A stretch of DNA of 64,000 bases from an uncultured archaeon (GTDB lineage: Archaea > Thermoproteota > Bathyarchaeia > Bathyarchaeales > Bathycorpusculaceae): the NCBI GenBank assembly GCA_963810275.1, contig CAWENF010000017.1, forward strand, positions 64,404 to 128,403. The letters run 5' to 3'. Below the pieces are notes generated by a model that was given only the letters and a program-made list of their open reading frames with translations, was not told where the DNA came from and searched no databases. This document shows positions 1 to 9,931 of the stretch, one piece after another. Every line of letters starts with the position of its first letter. The first letter of the stretch is position 1. A program made the position numbers and the translations under genes.

Positions 1-1308
1 GTTTGGTGTTGGTAAACCAGTCTTTGCTCTGAAGTTGCCCTAATGGAACAAAGAAAAGTGGCACGATTAAGCTGCGCATGTCTTTGAGGTCGTCTATGAG
101 GTCCATTGTCTTGTTGATGTCGTCTTCCTCTTCATCAGGCAATCCTACAATAAGCGTACAGGCCGGCACCATCATGTTATCATGCGCCAACCCCATGCCT
201 TCCATGACAACATCATGCCAGTTGTCCGCGCTAAACGGATGCGCTTTAGCAGGCATGATTTTCTTAGCAATTTTTGACGAACCTGTTTCAATGCCTATCT
301 CAACGCCCCACCAGTTTTGCTTCTGCAAAATAATTTCCGAAATCTGATGGAAGACCTTAGGTGCAGACGCTATAGCCGCCAGCGAGCAGTGGCTCCAACT
401 TATACTTTCACACCGCTTTAAAGTTACATCGTGAAGGAGGAGAAGTTTCTCTGGATTAGGCGTAGTATTTTTGGAGCCATAAAGCATTACGTCCTCGGAG
501 TGAAGAACGGCACCTTTGACTTTGCCCGACTCCAAGTTAACGTTTAACTCCCGCTCGATTTTCTCGATAGGATACCACCGTAAAGGGCGCAAAGTGACAT
601 TGCAGAAATGACAGCCTCGACAGCAACCTCGGCCTATTTCAATCAACCCATTAATCGAGGGATACTTGATGTCTGGAATTTCCTCTATCTTTGGCGATTC
701 ACCCGCGCCCACTATGTAGTAGCTTGGGAGTTCTTGTCCTTCAACAGCGGCACGGAAAAGTTTTCCCAAAACATTCTCGCCCTCGCCTTCCAGTATGCAG
801 TCTATACCAAATTCCTTAACAGCATTTTCGCGATACTTAAATTGCCATGCACCAGGACCGCCGACGATTACTTTTAAACCGTTTTTTCTCGCCTGCTTGA
901 TTTCGGGGCTTTGCATTAAAGATTGGAAATATTTGGCGAGGTAAGGTTCTTTTTTAAAAATCGATGCCAACGTCGTGGACGCAGGACCTAAACCAAAGGG
1001 GTCCATTGCGTAAACTCCTAGCACCTTAGCGGTTTTTACTTGTTTTTTAACTTCTTGGGGACAGAGTGTTCTTACTTCAAATCCTTCGTTTAGGAGCTGC
1101 GCCTCGGTTTTCCTCAGTCCATAAGGTGCAGTATGGGGGGTTCCATGGTTGGTTTCTATTTGTGGGAAGAAAAGGTAGCTAAACAACCATTCAGGTATGA
1201 AGTTAGGTGGGGCGCACGTGCCAAAACTAGAAATTCGTTATGGTGGTAATTGCTCATTAACGTTCGGTCGGCGGTTAAAATGACGTCAGCCTTTACGTTG
1301 GTTTCCAT
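1..1308 (-). CDS. Archaeal radical SAM protein, runs off the window's left edge, 1-nt frameshift near 1227
   Basis: Manual translation from ATG 1308 gives METNVKADVILTADRTLMSNYHHNEFL. After a frame change it continues GTCAPPNF...APYGLRKTEAQL...MDPFGLGP...VIVGGPGAWQ...EIGRGCCRGCHFC (CxxxCxxC)...GVEIGIETGS. Not in the ORF track. Confidence 0.85.
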
Positions 1309-1691
1309 TTATCTTCCTTCTGTAGAATTGAGGTTTGAAGTAAAACTCTAGTCATATAGAAGGATAATAAAACTTTTCCGTTTGCTTGTTTACCTGTACC
1401 TCAAGGTTATGGTTAATCGTCTTTTTTTCGTAAGCGCTAAAGGTTAGCTTTAGTTAATTTTCAAGGTTTCTAAAAAACCCAGCAAGAACCTAAAAACAAA
1501 AAATAGACGGTTGACACAAAGTTTTCTTTAACCACTATCGTACGCCAAGCACGTTATATTATTAAAAGAATCAAAAATTTTAATGAAAAGGTGTCGAAAA
1601 AAATCTGTCTTTTCCGTAAAGTTTTCAGAAAAATGTATATCAAGGATAGCGTCATTTTTACTCAGAACTATATTAGTGAAGGGACTGCATA

Positions 1692-2255
1692 TTGAAAACT
1701 ATGGTAGAGTTTAGATGGCACGGTAGAGGCGGACAGGGCGCTTGGACTGCCAGCGAACTTTTGGCAAGAACAGCGCTCGCGGAAGGCAAGTATATCCAGT
1801 CATTCCCAGAGTTTGGGCCTGAACGTATGGGTGCGCCTGTAACCGCTTTTACAAGAATAAGCACTGAACCGATAAGGTTACACTGCGCAATCTATGATCC
1901 AGATGTTGTGGTGGTTTTAGACAATACCCTGCTGAAAACTGTCCCAGTAACCGCTGGTTTGAATCGCGAAGAAGACTGCTTGATTGTTAACTCAAGCGAG
2001 GACCCAGCTGCTCTAAAAGACCGCTTAAAAGTGGTAAAAGGCAAAGTCTGGACGGTTCCTGCAACCGAAATAGCTCTTAGAATTTTGGGAGCTCCAATCA
2101 CTAACACAGCGCTACTTGGAGTCGTCGCCAAAGCAACCGAAATCGTGTCTTTACCAGTTATTGAGAATACACTTAAGGGACGCTTTAGAGCGGATTTAGC
2201 CGAGAAAAACTTTGCAGTTATACAAGAAGCTTACAAGGAGGCAAAAAGTGAATGA
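1692..2255 (+). CDS. porC: Pyruvate/2-oxoacid:ferredoxin oxidoreductase gamma subunit
   Basis: EFRWHGRGGQG and FPEFGPERMGAPV motifs; first gene of a four-gene operon. Confidence 0.93.
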   Translation: MKTMVEFRWHGRGGQGAWTASELLARTALAEGKYIQSFPEFGPERMGAPVTAFTRISTEPIRLHCAIYDPDVVVVLDNTLLKTVPVTAGLNREEDCLIVNSSEDPAALKDRLKVVKGKVWTVPATEIALRILGAPITNTALLGVVAKATEIVSLPVIENTLKGRFRADLAEKNFAVIQEAYKEAKSE

Positions 2256-2545
2256 GTAAAGAGAAAGGCTGGAAAGAAATTTCCATGGCCGGAGTATGCC
2301 CAAAGTCAAGCATTGGTTTCATGACCGGCGACTGGAAAACCTACATGCCCGTGCGGGACTTAGAAAAATGCACTACATGCATGACATGTGTTATGCTTTG
2401 TCCTGAGGATGCAATCAGGTACATGCCTGAGATGGGCAAAATTAAGTTTGACTTAACTTTCTGTAAGGGCTGCGGTATATGCGCTAACGAATGCCCCACA
2501 AAGGCAATCACTATGAAAATAGAGGAAGATGACGAGGCTGAATAA
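2252..2545 (+). CDS. porD: Pyruvate/2-oxoacid:ferredoxin oxidoreductase delta subunit (2x[4Fe-4S])
   Basis: TGDWK followed by two CxxCxxCxxxCP motifs; ATGA overlap with the gamma subunit. Confidence 0.93.
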   Translation: MSKEKGWKEISMAGVCPKSSIGFMTGDWKTYMPVRDLEKCTTCMTCVMLCPEDAIRYMPEMGKIKFDLTFCKGCGICANECPTKAITMKIEEDDEAE

Positions 2546-2546
2546 A

Positions 2547-3785
2547 ATGGCTCAAACAACACAAAATAAACAGCAAACTCTACCGCTAAACGGCGACGAA
2601 GCAGTTGCATACGCAGCTAAACAATGCAACGTCGACGTAGTCGCAGCTTACCCCATTACACCCCAGACTATAATGGTAGAGAAATTTAGCGAATATGTCG
2701 CCAACGGCGAAGTGCAAACAGAGTTTGTCTGCACTGAAAGCGAACACAGCGCCATGACCGCCTGCATCGCTGCATCCGCAACAGGCGCACGTACATTTAC
2801 TGCAAGCGCCTCAGCTGGTTTAGCGTTGATGTATGAAATGCTTTTTGTCGCTTCAGGCTCACGCGTACCAGTTGTGATGGCAATTGCAAACCGTGCGCTG
2901 TCTTCGCCCCTAAACATCCATGGTGACCACTCAGACACTATGGGCGCGCGTGATAGCGGTTGGATACAGCTCTATGTGGAAAACGCACAGGAAGCGTACG
3001 ACTCAGTCATACAAGCATTTCGGATTGCAGAAAACCTAGATGTATCGCTGCCTGCGCTTGTGGGTTTAGACGGCTTCACTTTGAGTCACTCGCTGGAAAA
3101 CGTCAACGCCCTATCCGACGACGAAGTCAGCGAGTTTGTTGGCGAACGTAAACTTCCAATGGTAACTAACCATGAAGGTAAAACTGTACCCTTCAAACTT
3201 GACCCTGCAAACCCATTGACTATGGGGCCAGTGGCGTTCCAAAACTACTATTTCGAATTCAAACGCCAACAAGAAGAAGCAATGAGAAACGCCCTTAAAG
3301 TCATAAAAGAAGTCCACGATGAATACGCCAAAATCAGCGGAAGAAGCTATGGCAACGGCTTAATCGACCCCTACAAACTCGATGATGCAGAAATCGCGGT
3401 TGTGAGCGCCGGTTCTACTTCGGGAACATTAAAAGTCCTTGTTGATCAACTGCGCACTGAAGGCATCAAAGCAGGTTTACTTCGCTTGCGCGCTTTCAGA
3501 CCGTTACCAATTGAAGATTTACAAAAAGCCCTTAAAAACGTCAAAGTAATTGCAGTCATGGATAAAAGTATAAGTTTTGGCAGCCACGGCGGAGCAATAT
3601 ATCACGAAATACATCATGCGCTATATGATTTAGCTAAGCGTCCTCAAGTCATAAACTATATTTACGGTTTAGGCGGAAGAGACCATAGCCCACATGAATT
3701 ACGAAAAGTCTTTGATGATTTACAGAGAATCGCCAAATCAGGGAAAGCCGACACTGCAATGCGGTTCCTAGGTTTGAGGGAGTAA
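2547..3785 (+). CDS. porA: Pyruvate/2-oxoacid:ferredoxin oxidoreductase alpha subunit
   Basis: AAYPITPQT, ESEHSA, ANRALS..NIHGDHSD and YGLGGRD motifs; start placed at ATG 2547. Confidence 0.94.
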   Translation: MAQTTQNKQQTLPLNGDEAVAYAAKQCNVDVVAAYPITPQTIMVEKFSEYVANGEVQTEFVCTESEHSAMTACIAASATGARTFTASASAGLALMYEMLFVASGSRVPVVMAIANRALSSPLNIHGDHSDTMGARDSGWIQLYVENAQEAYDSVIQAFRIAENLDVSLPALVGLDGFTLSHSLENVNALSDDEVSEFVGERKLPMVTNHEGKTVPFKLDPANPLTMGPVAFQNYYFEFKRQQEEAMRNALKVIKEVHDEYAKISGRSYGNGLIDPYKLDDAEIAVVSAGSTSGTLKVLVDQLRTEGIKAGLLRLRAFRPLPIEDLQKALKNVKVIAVMDKSISFGSHGGAIYHEIHHALYDLAKRPQVINYIYGLGGRDHSPHELRKVFDDLQRIAKSGKADTAMRFLGLRE

Positions 3786-3799
3786 AGGAGGAAAACAAA

Positions 3800-4777
3800 A
3801 TGGCAACAACTCAAGAATGGAAATTTACAGCAAAAGAAATCGCATTAAAACCCGACCTGTTCCTGTCTGGTCACCGTGCCTGCGCAGGTTGCGGACCAGC
3901 ATCAGCGCTAAAGTTAGTCATGAAAGGCACCCGCGGACCAACAATCGTAACCGAAGCAACAGGTTGCATGGAAGTGGTTTCTTCAATCTATCCATACACT
4001 TCCTGGGCAGTTCCTTGGTTACACACAGCCTTTGAGAACGCAGCAGCCAATGCTTCTGGCATCGCCGCAGCAATCAAAGCGCTCCAAAAGAAAGGTCAAA
4101 TAAAAGAACACATCGACATTATCGCACTCGCAGGCGACGGCGGTACATTTGACATCGGCTTACAGGCGCTCTCCGGCGCAGTTGAACGTGGACACGACTT
4201 CTTGTTTGTGCTCTACGACAACGAAGGCTACATGAACACAGGCATACAGCGAAGCGGCGGAACCCCCATGGGCGCAGCAACAACAACCACCCCCGCAGGC
4301 AAAGTAATTCCCGGCAAAATCGAAAAGAAAAAACCAATCACCGAAATCATGTTGGCACACGAAATGGACTACGTCGCCACCGCCACACCCTACTACTGGA
4401 AAGACCTAATTACTAAAGTCCGCAAAGGCTTAGAAGTTGAGGGACCAGCATTCCTTCACCTATTCGCACCCTGCCCCAGAGGCTGGAGAAGCGACCCAGC
4501 AAAAACCATGGAGTACTCTAAGTTGGCAGTTGAAACATGCGTGTTCCCAATCTGGGAAGCGGTCAACGGCAAACGCGAACTTTCCATACCCAGCAAAGTT
4601 ATCTCCCTTGCGCCGCAGAGAAAGAAGCCAGTCACTGACTATCTTAAAGGGCAAGGCAGATTCCGTCACCTCTTTGCACCAAAGAACAGTCATATAATCG
4701 ATGAAATCCAACATAACACAGACGAACGTTGGCAAAAACTGTTACAAAAATGCGCTTTAGGCGCAACTCCAACCTAA
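3800..4777 (+). CDS. porB: Pyruvate/2-oxoacid:ferredoxin oxidoreductase beta subunit (TPP-binding)
   Basis: GHRACAGCG, GDGG...YDNEGYMNTGIQRS and PCPRGW motifs; GGAGG Shine-Dalgarno upstream. Confidence 0.94.
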   Translation: MATTQEWKFTAKEIALKPDLFLSGHRACAGCGPASALKLVMKGTRGPTIVTEATGCMEVVSSIYPYTSWAVPWLHTAFENAAANASGIAAAIKALQKKGQIKEHIDIIALAGDGGTFDIGLQALSGAVERGHDFLFVLYDNEGYMNTGIQRSGGTPMGAATTTTPAGKVIPGKIEKKKPITEIMLAHEMDYVATATPYYWKDLITKVRKGLEVEGPAFLHLFAPCPRGWRSDPAKTMEYSKLAVETCVFPIWEAVNGKRELSIPSKVISLAPQRKKPVTDYLKGQGRFRHLFAPKNSHIIDEIQHNTDERWQKLLQKCALGATPT

Positions 4778-4780
4778 GCC

Positions 4781-4805
4781 TTTTCTTTTTTTGTTTTTTA
4801 TTTTT
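4781..4805 (+). terminator. Oligo-T archaeal terminator after the por operon
   Basis: TTTTCTTTTTTTGTTTTTTATTTTT immediately after the porB stop, between convergent genes. Confidence 0.55.
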
Positions 4806-6126
4806 AGATAGGATCGTCGCTAATTTTCATATGTCCAGATTTCTCCATCGTTTTAGGCAAATCGACTGAAGCTATGTGGGGGTAGTTTAGAAGCGAGGGT
4901 AAATCTGCTGGGTTCTTGACAAAAGTCGCCCCTGCCGCTTTTAGCTCAGCCATTAGTTGTGTAGCTCTGCCTTCGGTGAAGTCTCTGCGCTCAATCGGGA
5001 CCTCTTCAATAACGTAAGTAGGAATTCCATATCTAATCGCTGCTTTAGCCGCCTCCAAATTCCGCAAGTTGCCTGAACCAAACGGAACCGAAGTCACCAC
5101 AACCATGCCTGCAGCCTTTATCATCGCTAAATTTTCCTCGAAAAGTCGTTCAGTTATGAAAGAGAACGGAGCTTCCGTAACTACGGGGATATTTAGTAAC
5201 TCGCAGGCTTCGTAGTCAGTATCCAGCAGGTTTAGTACGCCTACAGTCACGTTGAAGCCTTCGTCAATTAGTGTTTTAAGCAGCATTGTTCCTGTGCCTG
5301 CTCCGCAAATAACATGTACAGTGCATTTCTTTTCTGCCGAGCACTTCTTTGGCGAGAGAGGGATAACATAGAGGCTGCCTGTGGCAGCGTTTTTGCGGAC
5401 AATTGCATCTACGTCAAATACACTACGGATGTTTTGGCTCGTCAGTACTTGGTCTACGTCCCCAAAGGAGAAAACCTGACCATCTTTAAGCATCAGGACG
5501 CTGGTACAGTACCGCGCTGCCATGTTGAGGTCGTGAATTACGGCTAAAACTGCCAGCTGTTTTTTGTCGCATAGGCTTTTTACGAGGTCCATGAGTTCAA
5601 GCTGGTTAACTATGTCCAGGTGACTGATTGGTTCATCAAGAAGCAGAATTTGGGGTTCTTGCGCTAGGGCACGAGCGATTATTACTCGTTGACGTTCGCC
5701 GCCGCTTAACTCGTTAATTTGGCGGTTCACCAAGTGGTATGCGTTAACCTGTTTAAGTGCACTTTTAGCAATTTCCACATCTTTTGGAGTTTCCATCTGG
5801 AAGCGCCCCATATGTGGGTTGCGCCCCATCAAAACCACATCCATGACAGAGAAGTTAAAACCCACACTGCTGTCTTGTGGGACAACTGCCATCTTTTTTG
5901 CGACTTCAACGGGTTTTTGGCTGTAAATGTCATCTTTGTCAATGAGGATTGCTCCAACGTGTGGTTTAAGCACTCGGCTGATGCTTTTAAGAAGAGTGGT
6001 TTTGCCGCTGCCATTTGGTCCTAGGATGCCTACAAAGTCTCCGGGTTTAACTTCCAGGTTGACATCTGAGATGATCTTGGTGGAGCCGTAACGGCATTCT
6101 ACTCCATTTATGTTTAGTGTAACCAT
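4804..6126 (-). CDS. Cobalamin/iron-siderophore ABC transporter ATPase with C-terminal extension
   Basis: GPNGSGKT Walker A, LSGGERQR signature, LLLDEP and IHDLN; extra domain of about 180 aa starting VHVICGAGTG. Confidence 0.9.
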   Translation of the reverse strand: MVTLNINGVECRYGSTKIISDVNLEVKPGDFVGILGPNGSGKTTLLKSISRVLKPHVGAILIDKDDIYSQKPVEVAKKMAVVPQDSSVGFNFSVMDVVLMGRNPHMGRFQMETPKDVEIAKSALKQVNAYHLVNRQINELSGGERQRVIIARALAQEPQILLLDEPISHLDIVNQLELMDLVKSLCDKKQLAVLAVIHDLNMAARYCTSVLMLKDGQVFSFGDVDQVLTSQNIRSVFDVDAIVRKNAATGSLYVIPLSPKKCSAEKKCTVHVICGAGTGTMLLKTLIDEGFNVTVGVLNLLDTDYEACELLNIPVVTEAPFSFITERLFEENLAMIKAAGMVVVTSVPFGSGNLRNLEAAKAAIRYGIPTYVIEEVPIERRDFTEGRATQLMAELKAAGATFVKNPADLPSLLNYPHIASVDLPKTMEKSGHMKISDDPI

Positions 6127-6131
6127 GTTTG

Positions 6132-7214
6132 CTACATCCTATAGTCGAGTTTTCTTCTTTTCAGCAGGAAAATAAAGAAGAGCCCGCCAGCAAGTGAAGT
6201 TAGTGCTCCTGCTGGTAGTTGGTCTGCCCCTGTGGCTACGCGTGCAAGTGTATCGCATGCTACCAGGAATATTCCGCCGGTTACCAGTGAAGCGGGGATG
6301 AGGATTCGGTGGTCTGGTCCGATAACGATTCGCGTTATGTGGGGAATCATTAGGCCGACAAAGCCGATTAACCCGCTGATTGATACTGCAGTTGCGGTAA
6401 TTAAAGCACCAATTGTGATAAGAATTTTTTTGGAGCGCTCAGTGTTAACGCCTAAGTGTTGTGCGGTATCTCCTCCAAGAGACATCATGTTTAGGTCTCG
6501 TGAAAAGAAAAAAGAAACAACAATGCCCAGTAGAATAACTGGGAAAATAGTATACAATTGGCTCCAGCCGACGTTTGATATTCCGCCGATTAGCCAAAAC
6601 ACGCTTTGTTGGAGGTGGGCCCCACTTGGCGCTAAAACCTGCATAATCTGGTAGAGTGCAGAGAGAAAGAAGGTTGCGGCTACCCCTGTTAGTAAAAGAC
6701 TCATCTCAGGTACCCGAGTACCTACGCTTGATAATGTGTAAACAATAAAAATTGTTGCTAAGCCTCCGACAAATGCAATTGTGGGAATTGTGGGAAAGCC
6801 GTTTATCGGAAATAGAAATTTATCAGCAGCCCAACGCCGGCACCAACTGATGCACCTGCAGAAACTCCTAAAACCGAAGGGTCAGCCATGGGGTTTCTAA
6901 AGATTCCCTGATAGAGAACACCCCCTGTTGCTAATGCTGCACCAATTATTACTCCCGCTAAAACGCGTGGAAGGCGAACTACAAGAATAATTGCTTCTTG
7001 GGATTCGGTAAAGGCGTTGGGTGCTACAAGTGTATTTAGAAAAGGGATTTTACTAGCGATTATAGACATAATTTGCGTTAAAAGAAACCCCTCGAGCTGC
7101 CTATTCCTAATGAAATGATAACAGTAAGCAAAAGGAGGAAAATTAACCCAGTTATGGTTAATTTCCAGCGTTTGGACACGTTTTTGAGTATGTTGCGTCT
7201 ATGTTACCGGTCAC
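6132..7214 (-). pseudogene. BtuC/FecCD-family ABC permease broken by several frameshifts (pseudogene or assembly error)
   Basis: Fragments in different frames: WKLTITGLIFLLLL..SLGIG, VRLPRVL..QGIFRNPMADPSVLGVSAGA, and GLIGFVGLMIPH..GPDHR. Confidence 0.8.
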
Positions 7215-7236
7215 TAGGTTGTCACACTAAAGGAGG

Positions 7237-8212
7237 TTAAGAGGAAGAGCTAAATAGTTGTGGGTAGAGGCACTCTGCTACTGCCTTAACCTGTTCGGCT
7301 ACTCTGTTGTTTGGTTGGTTGAAGAGGTTTTGGTCAATGACGTAGATACGATCGTGTGCAATTGCGTCGATTGTGTTCCAGCCTGGTCTGTCTCTTACCT
7401 CTTGGACGCTACCATAGAATGGTGTACCCATACCCATGTTTGTGGGTAGCAGGATCACATTGGGATTTCTGTCAATGATTACTTCCGAACTCGTGCGAGG
7501 GTACTCTTGGTCTATGTCTGTAAAAATATTGATGCCGCCCGCAGTGGTTATGACATCGTTGATCCATGAACCCGAGCCTGCACTCATCATTCCTGAGGAA
7601 TCGTACCATACTTCATAGTAAACAGTAGGTTTCTCGGCTATGTTGGCGTTTGCAATTGTGGTTTGGACGTTGTTGATTTCAGTTTGAAGATTGCTCACAA
7701 GTGCTGTTGAGTTGTCTTCTGCTCCAGTTGATTTTCCAATCATGCCGATAGTGTCATAGATCCCCTGTATACTGGTTGGACCAACTACTATGACTTTTAA
7801 TCCCATGTTCTCGCATAGTTGGAAGTAACGCATTGTTTATGTCAGTTGTGAAAATCAAGTCAGGTTCCAATGAAGTTATGATTTCCATGTCTGGGGTTGA
7901 GAAGCCACCGACGCTGGTCATGTTACCGGCTTCAAACCATGCACTGAAGTCGTAGGGGTAGTCGTCGTACTCTGTTAACCCGACGATTTTGTCGCCTACA
8001 CCTAGCTCGTAAAGAATGGGTGTTACACTGGGAGATATGGAGATTATCCGTTGCGGCGTAGAAGATATTGTGGTTGCGTAGCCTTCAGAGTCAACGATGG
8101 TTACGCCTTCCTCTGGGTTGTTCGTGGTTTGTGTAGCGTAATATGCGTAGATGAATATTGAGGATATGATTATTATTGCAGCTATGATTGCCGCTATTTT
8201 TATTGGTTTCAT
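7237..8212 (-). pseudogene. BtuF-like cobalamin/iron substrate-binding protein, 1-nt frameshift near 7810
   Basis: N-terminal half (TM anchor, PQRIISISPS..LGVGDKIVG..EPDLIF) and C-terminal half (GGINIF..SSEVIIDRNPNVIL..W..IDAI...RIYVID) lie in different frames. Confidence 0.8.
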
Positions 8213-8336
8213 ATTGTTTGCCCTCGCCCTTTGTGGATGATTTATCCATCCATTATGGGTCGGCATTATTATATTTTGGCTTAACATAAGTTAACGTGAG
8301 GTTTAATACTAAGCAGCAGAAAAAGTGGAGTAGCCG

Positions 8337-9248
8337 TTAAGGGTTTAGATGTGAAATAGCCTCTTTAATTGCCGTAACAGACTTTAAAAACTGCGTCTGC
8401 GTCCGCTCAGAAAGTTTTAGCTCAACGATTTTTTCCACACCATCTTTGCCAAGCACAGCCGGAACACCAATCGAGACATCTGAGACGCCGTATTCCCCTT
8501 CCAAACAGGTGGAGACACTCATAACACGGTTTCTGCCTGTAACGATGGCGTCTGCAGTTACAGCTATGACCGCTCCAGGAGCATATACGGTGCCACCTTT
8601 AAGTTTAATGACATCCGCTCCTGAGTTAACAGTGCGATTTACAATCTCATCTATCTGTTCAGGTGATAGAAGACTTTTTACGGGGATACCTGAGACAGAG
8701 GCGTAGTCAACTAATGGAACCATAGAGTCGCCGTGTTCACCGATGACCAATGCCCTTGTGTCTTCGCGTGACACACCAAGTTCGTTGGCGATGTAGGTGC
8801 GGAACCGCATCCCGTCAAGTATATTACCCATCCCAAATAGGCGGTTGCGCGGGAACCCTGTTTCTTTAAAACCCAGATACGTCATGATGTCTACGGGGTT
8901 TGTGACCACCATAACTTTTGTTTTTGGAGCATATTTGGCGATTTCATGCAGTATACTTTTGATGATTTTTGCGTTGATGTTCATGAGGTCAATGCGGGTC
9001 ATGTCTGGTCTTCTGCCAATGCCAGCGGTGACTATGACCAGTTCAGAGCCCTCCATTTCGCTGAAGTCGCTTGTCCCCGCTATGCAGCCGTCGAACTCGA
9101 TGGCTGGAGCCGCCTGCATCATATCAAGTGCTTCGCCTTTTGCTTGCTTCTCATTTGTATCAATTAAGACTACATCGCTTACTTTGTACCGAAGAATGTC
9201 AAAAGCTGCGGCACTGCCTACTTTACCTGCGCCAATAACAGTGATCAT
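8337..9248 (-). CDS. mdh: Malate dehydrogenase (LDH-like)
   Basis: GAGKVG, TAGIGRRPDMTRIDL (Arg specificity residue), VTNPVD and GEHGD motifs. Confidence 0.92.
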   Translation of the reverse strand: MITVIGAGKVGSAAAFDILRYKVSDVVLIDTNEKQAKGEALDMMQAAPAIEFDGCIAGTSDFSEMEGSELVIVTAGIGRRPDMTRIDLMNINAKIIKSILHEIAKYAPKTKVMVVTNPVDIMTYLGFKETGFPRNRLFGMGNILDGMRFRTYIANELGVSREDTRALVIGEHGDSMVPLVDYASVSGIPVKSLLSPEQIDEIVNRTVNSGADVIKLKGGTVYAPGAVIAVTADAIVTGRNRVMSVSTCLEGEYGVSDVSIGVPAVLGKDGVEKIVELKLSERTQTQFLKSVTAIKEAISHLNP

Positions 9249-9311
9249 ACTAGCAAAAAATACTACATAAAAATTTAAGGCTTTATTATAGGCTAAAGTT
9301 CCGTTCTACTA

Positions 9312-9761
9312 TTACTTGACGATTATTATTGTGCTGCTAACGGTGTGGACAACTTTTTCGCATATGCTACCCATGAAAAGCTCCCTTACTTTACCTATCC
9401 CCCTATGTCCTATTATAACAACATCAAAATAGCCTTCTTTGGCAGTAAATATGATTTCAGAGGCAGGGTTACCCTCTTTTAGCATTAATTTAACTGTTAA
9501 GTTTGGTTTGACGGCTTTGGCGTGTTCGGCTGCTTTGTCTAATATACCTTGGTGAAATTTGAGTAGGTCTCGGGCTACAGAAGTCATGTTGTTGCCAGTG
9601 TACCCACTCATTTCGTAAGGCACTGCGCTTATGGCGGCAGATTCAGTGACGTTAAGCATAGTTAAGACTGCGCCGTATTTATCGGCGAAATCTAAAGCAA
9701 AATCTAATGCGCGCTCGGAGTTTTCTGAGCCATCCACGGCAACCAAGACTTTACTAACCAC
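9312..9761 (-). CDS. Universal stress protein
   Basis: VLVAVDGSENS...GHRG...GSICEKV. Confidence 0.92.
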   Translation of the reverse strand: MVSKVLVAVDGSENSERALDFALDFADKYGAVLTMLNVTESAAISAVPYEMSGYTGNNMTSVARDLLKFHQGILDKAAEHAKAVKPNLTVKLMLKEGNPASEIIFTAKEGYFDVVIIGHRGIGKVRELFMGSICEKVVHTVSSTIIIVK

Positions 9762-9931
9762 AGGTTACACCAGTTACAACTCTGCTTCTTTAGGCATTAA
9801 GCTTTTCTGCTAAAACCCCAGCCTGTTTTTCCATAAGTTGCTTTAAGGCATATAAGGGTAAACGCTACTTACTTTAGTTAAGAAAGATTGGGGGTACAGC
9901 GATAACCAAGCATAGTAATGTCTTCGTCGTT

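Noticed and set aside
78-877. Plus-strand ORFs 78-347 and 608-877
   Set aside because: Antisense shadows of the minus-strand radical SAM gene. Most other short overlapping ORFs in the track were rejected for the same reason.
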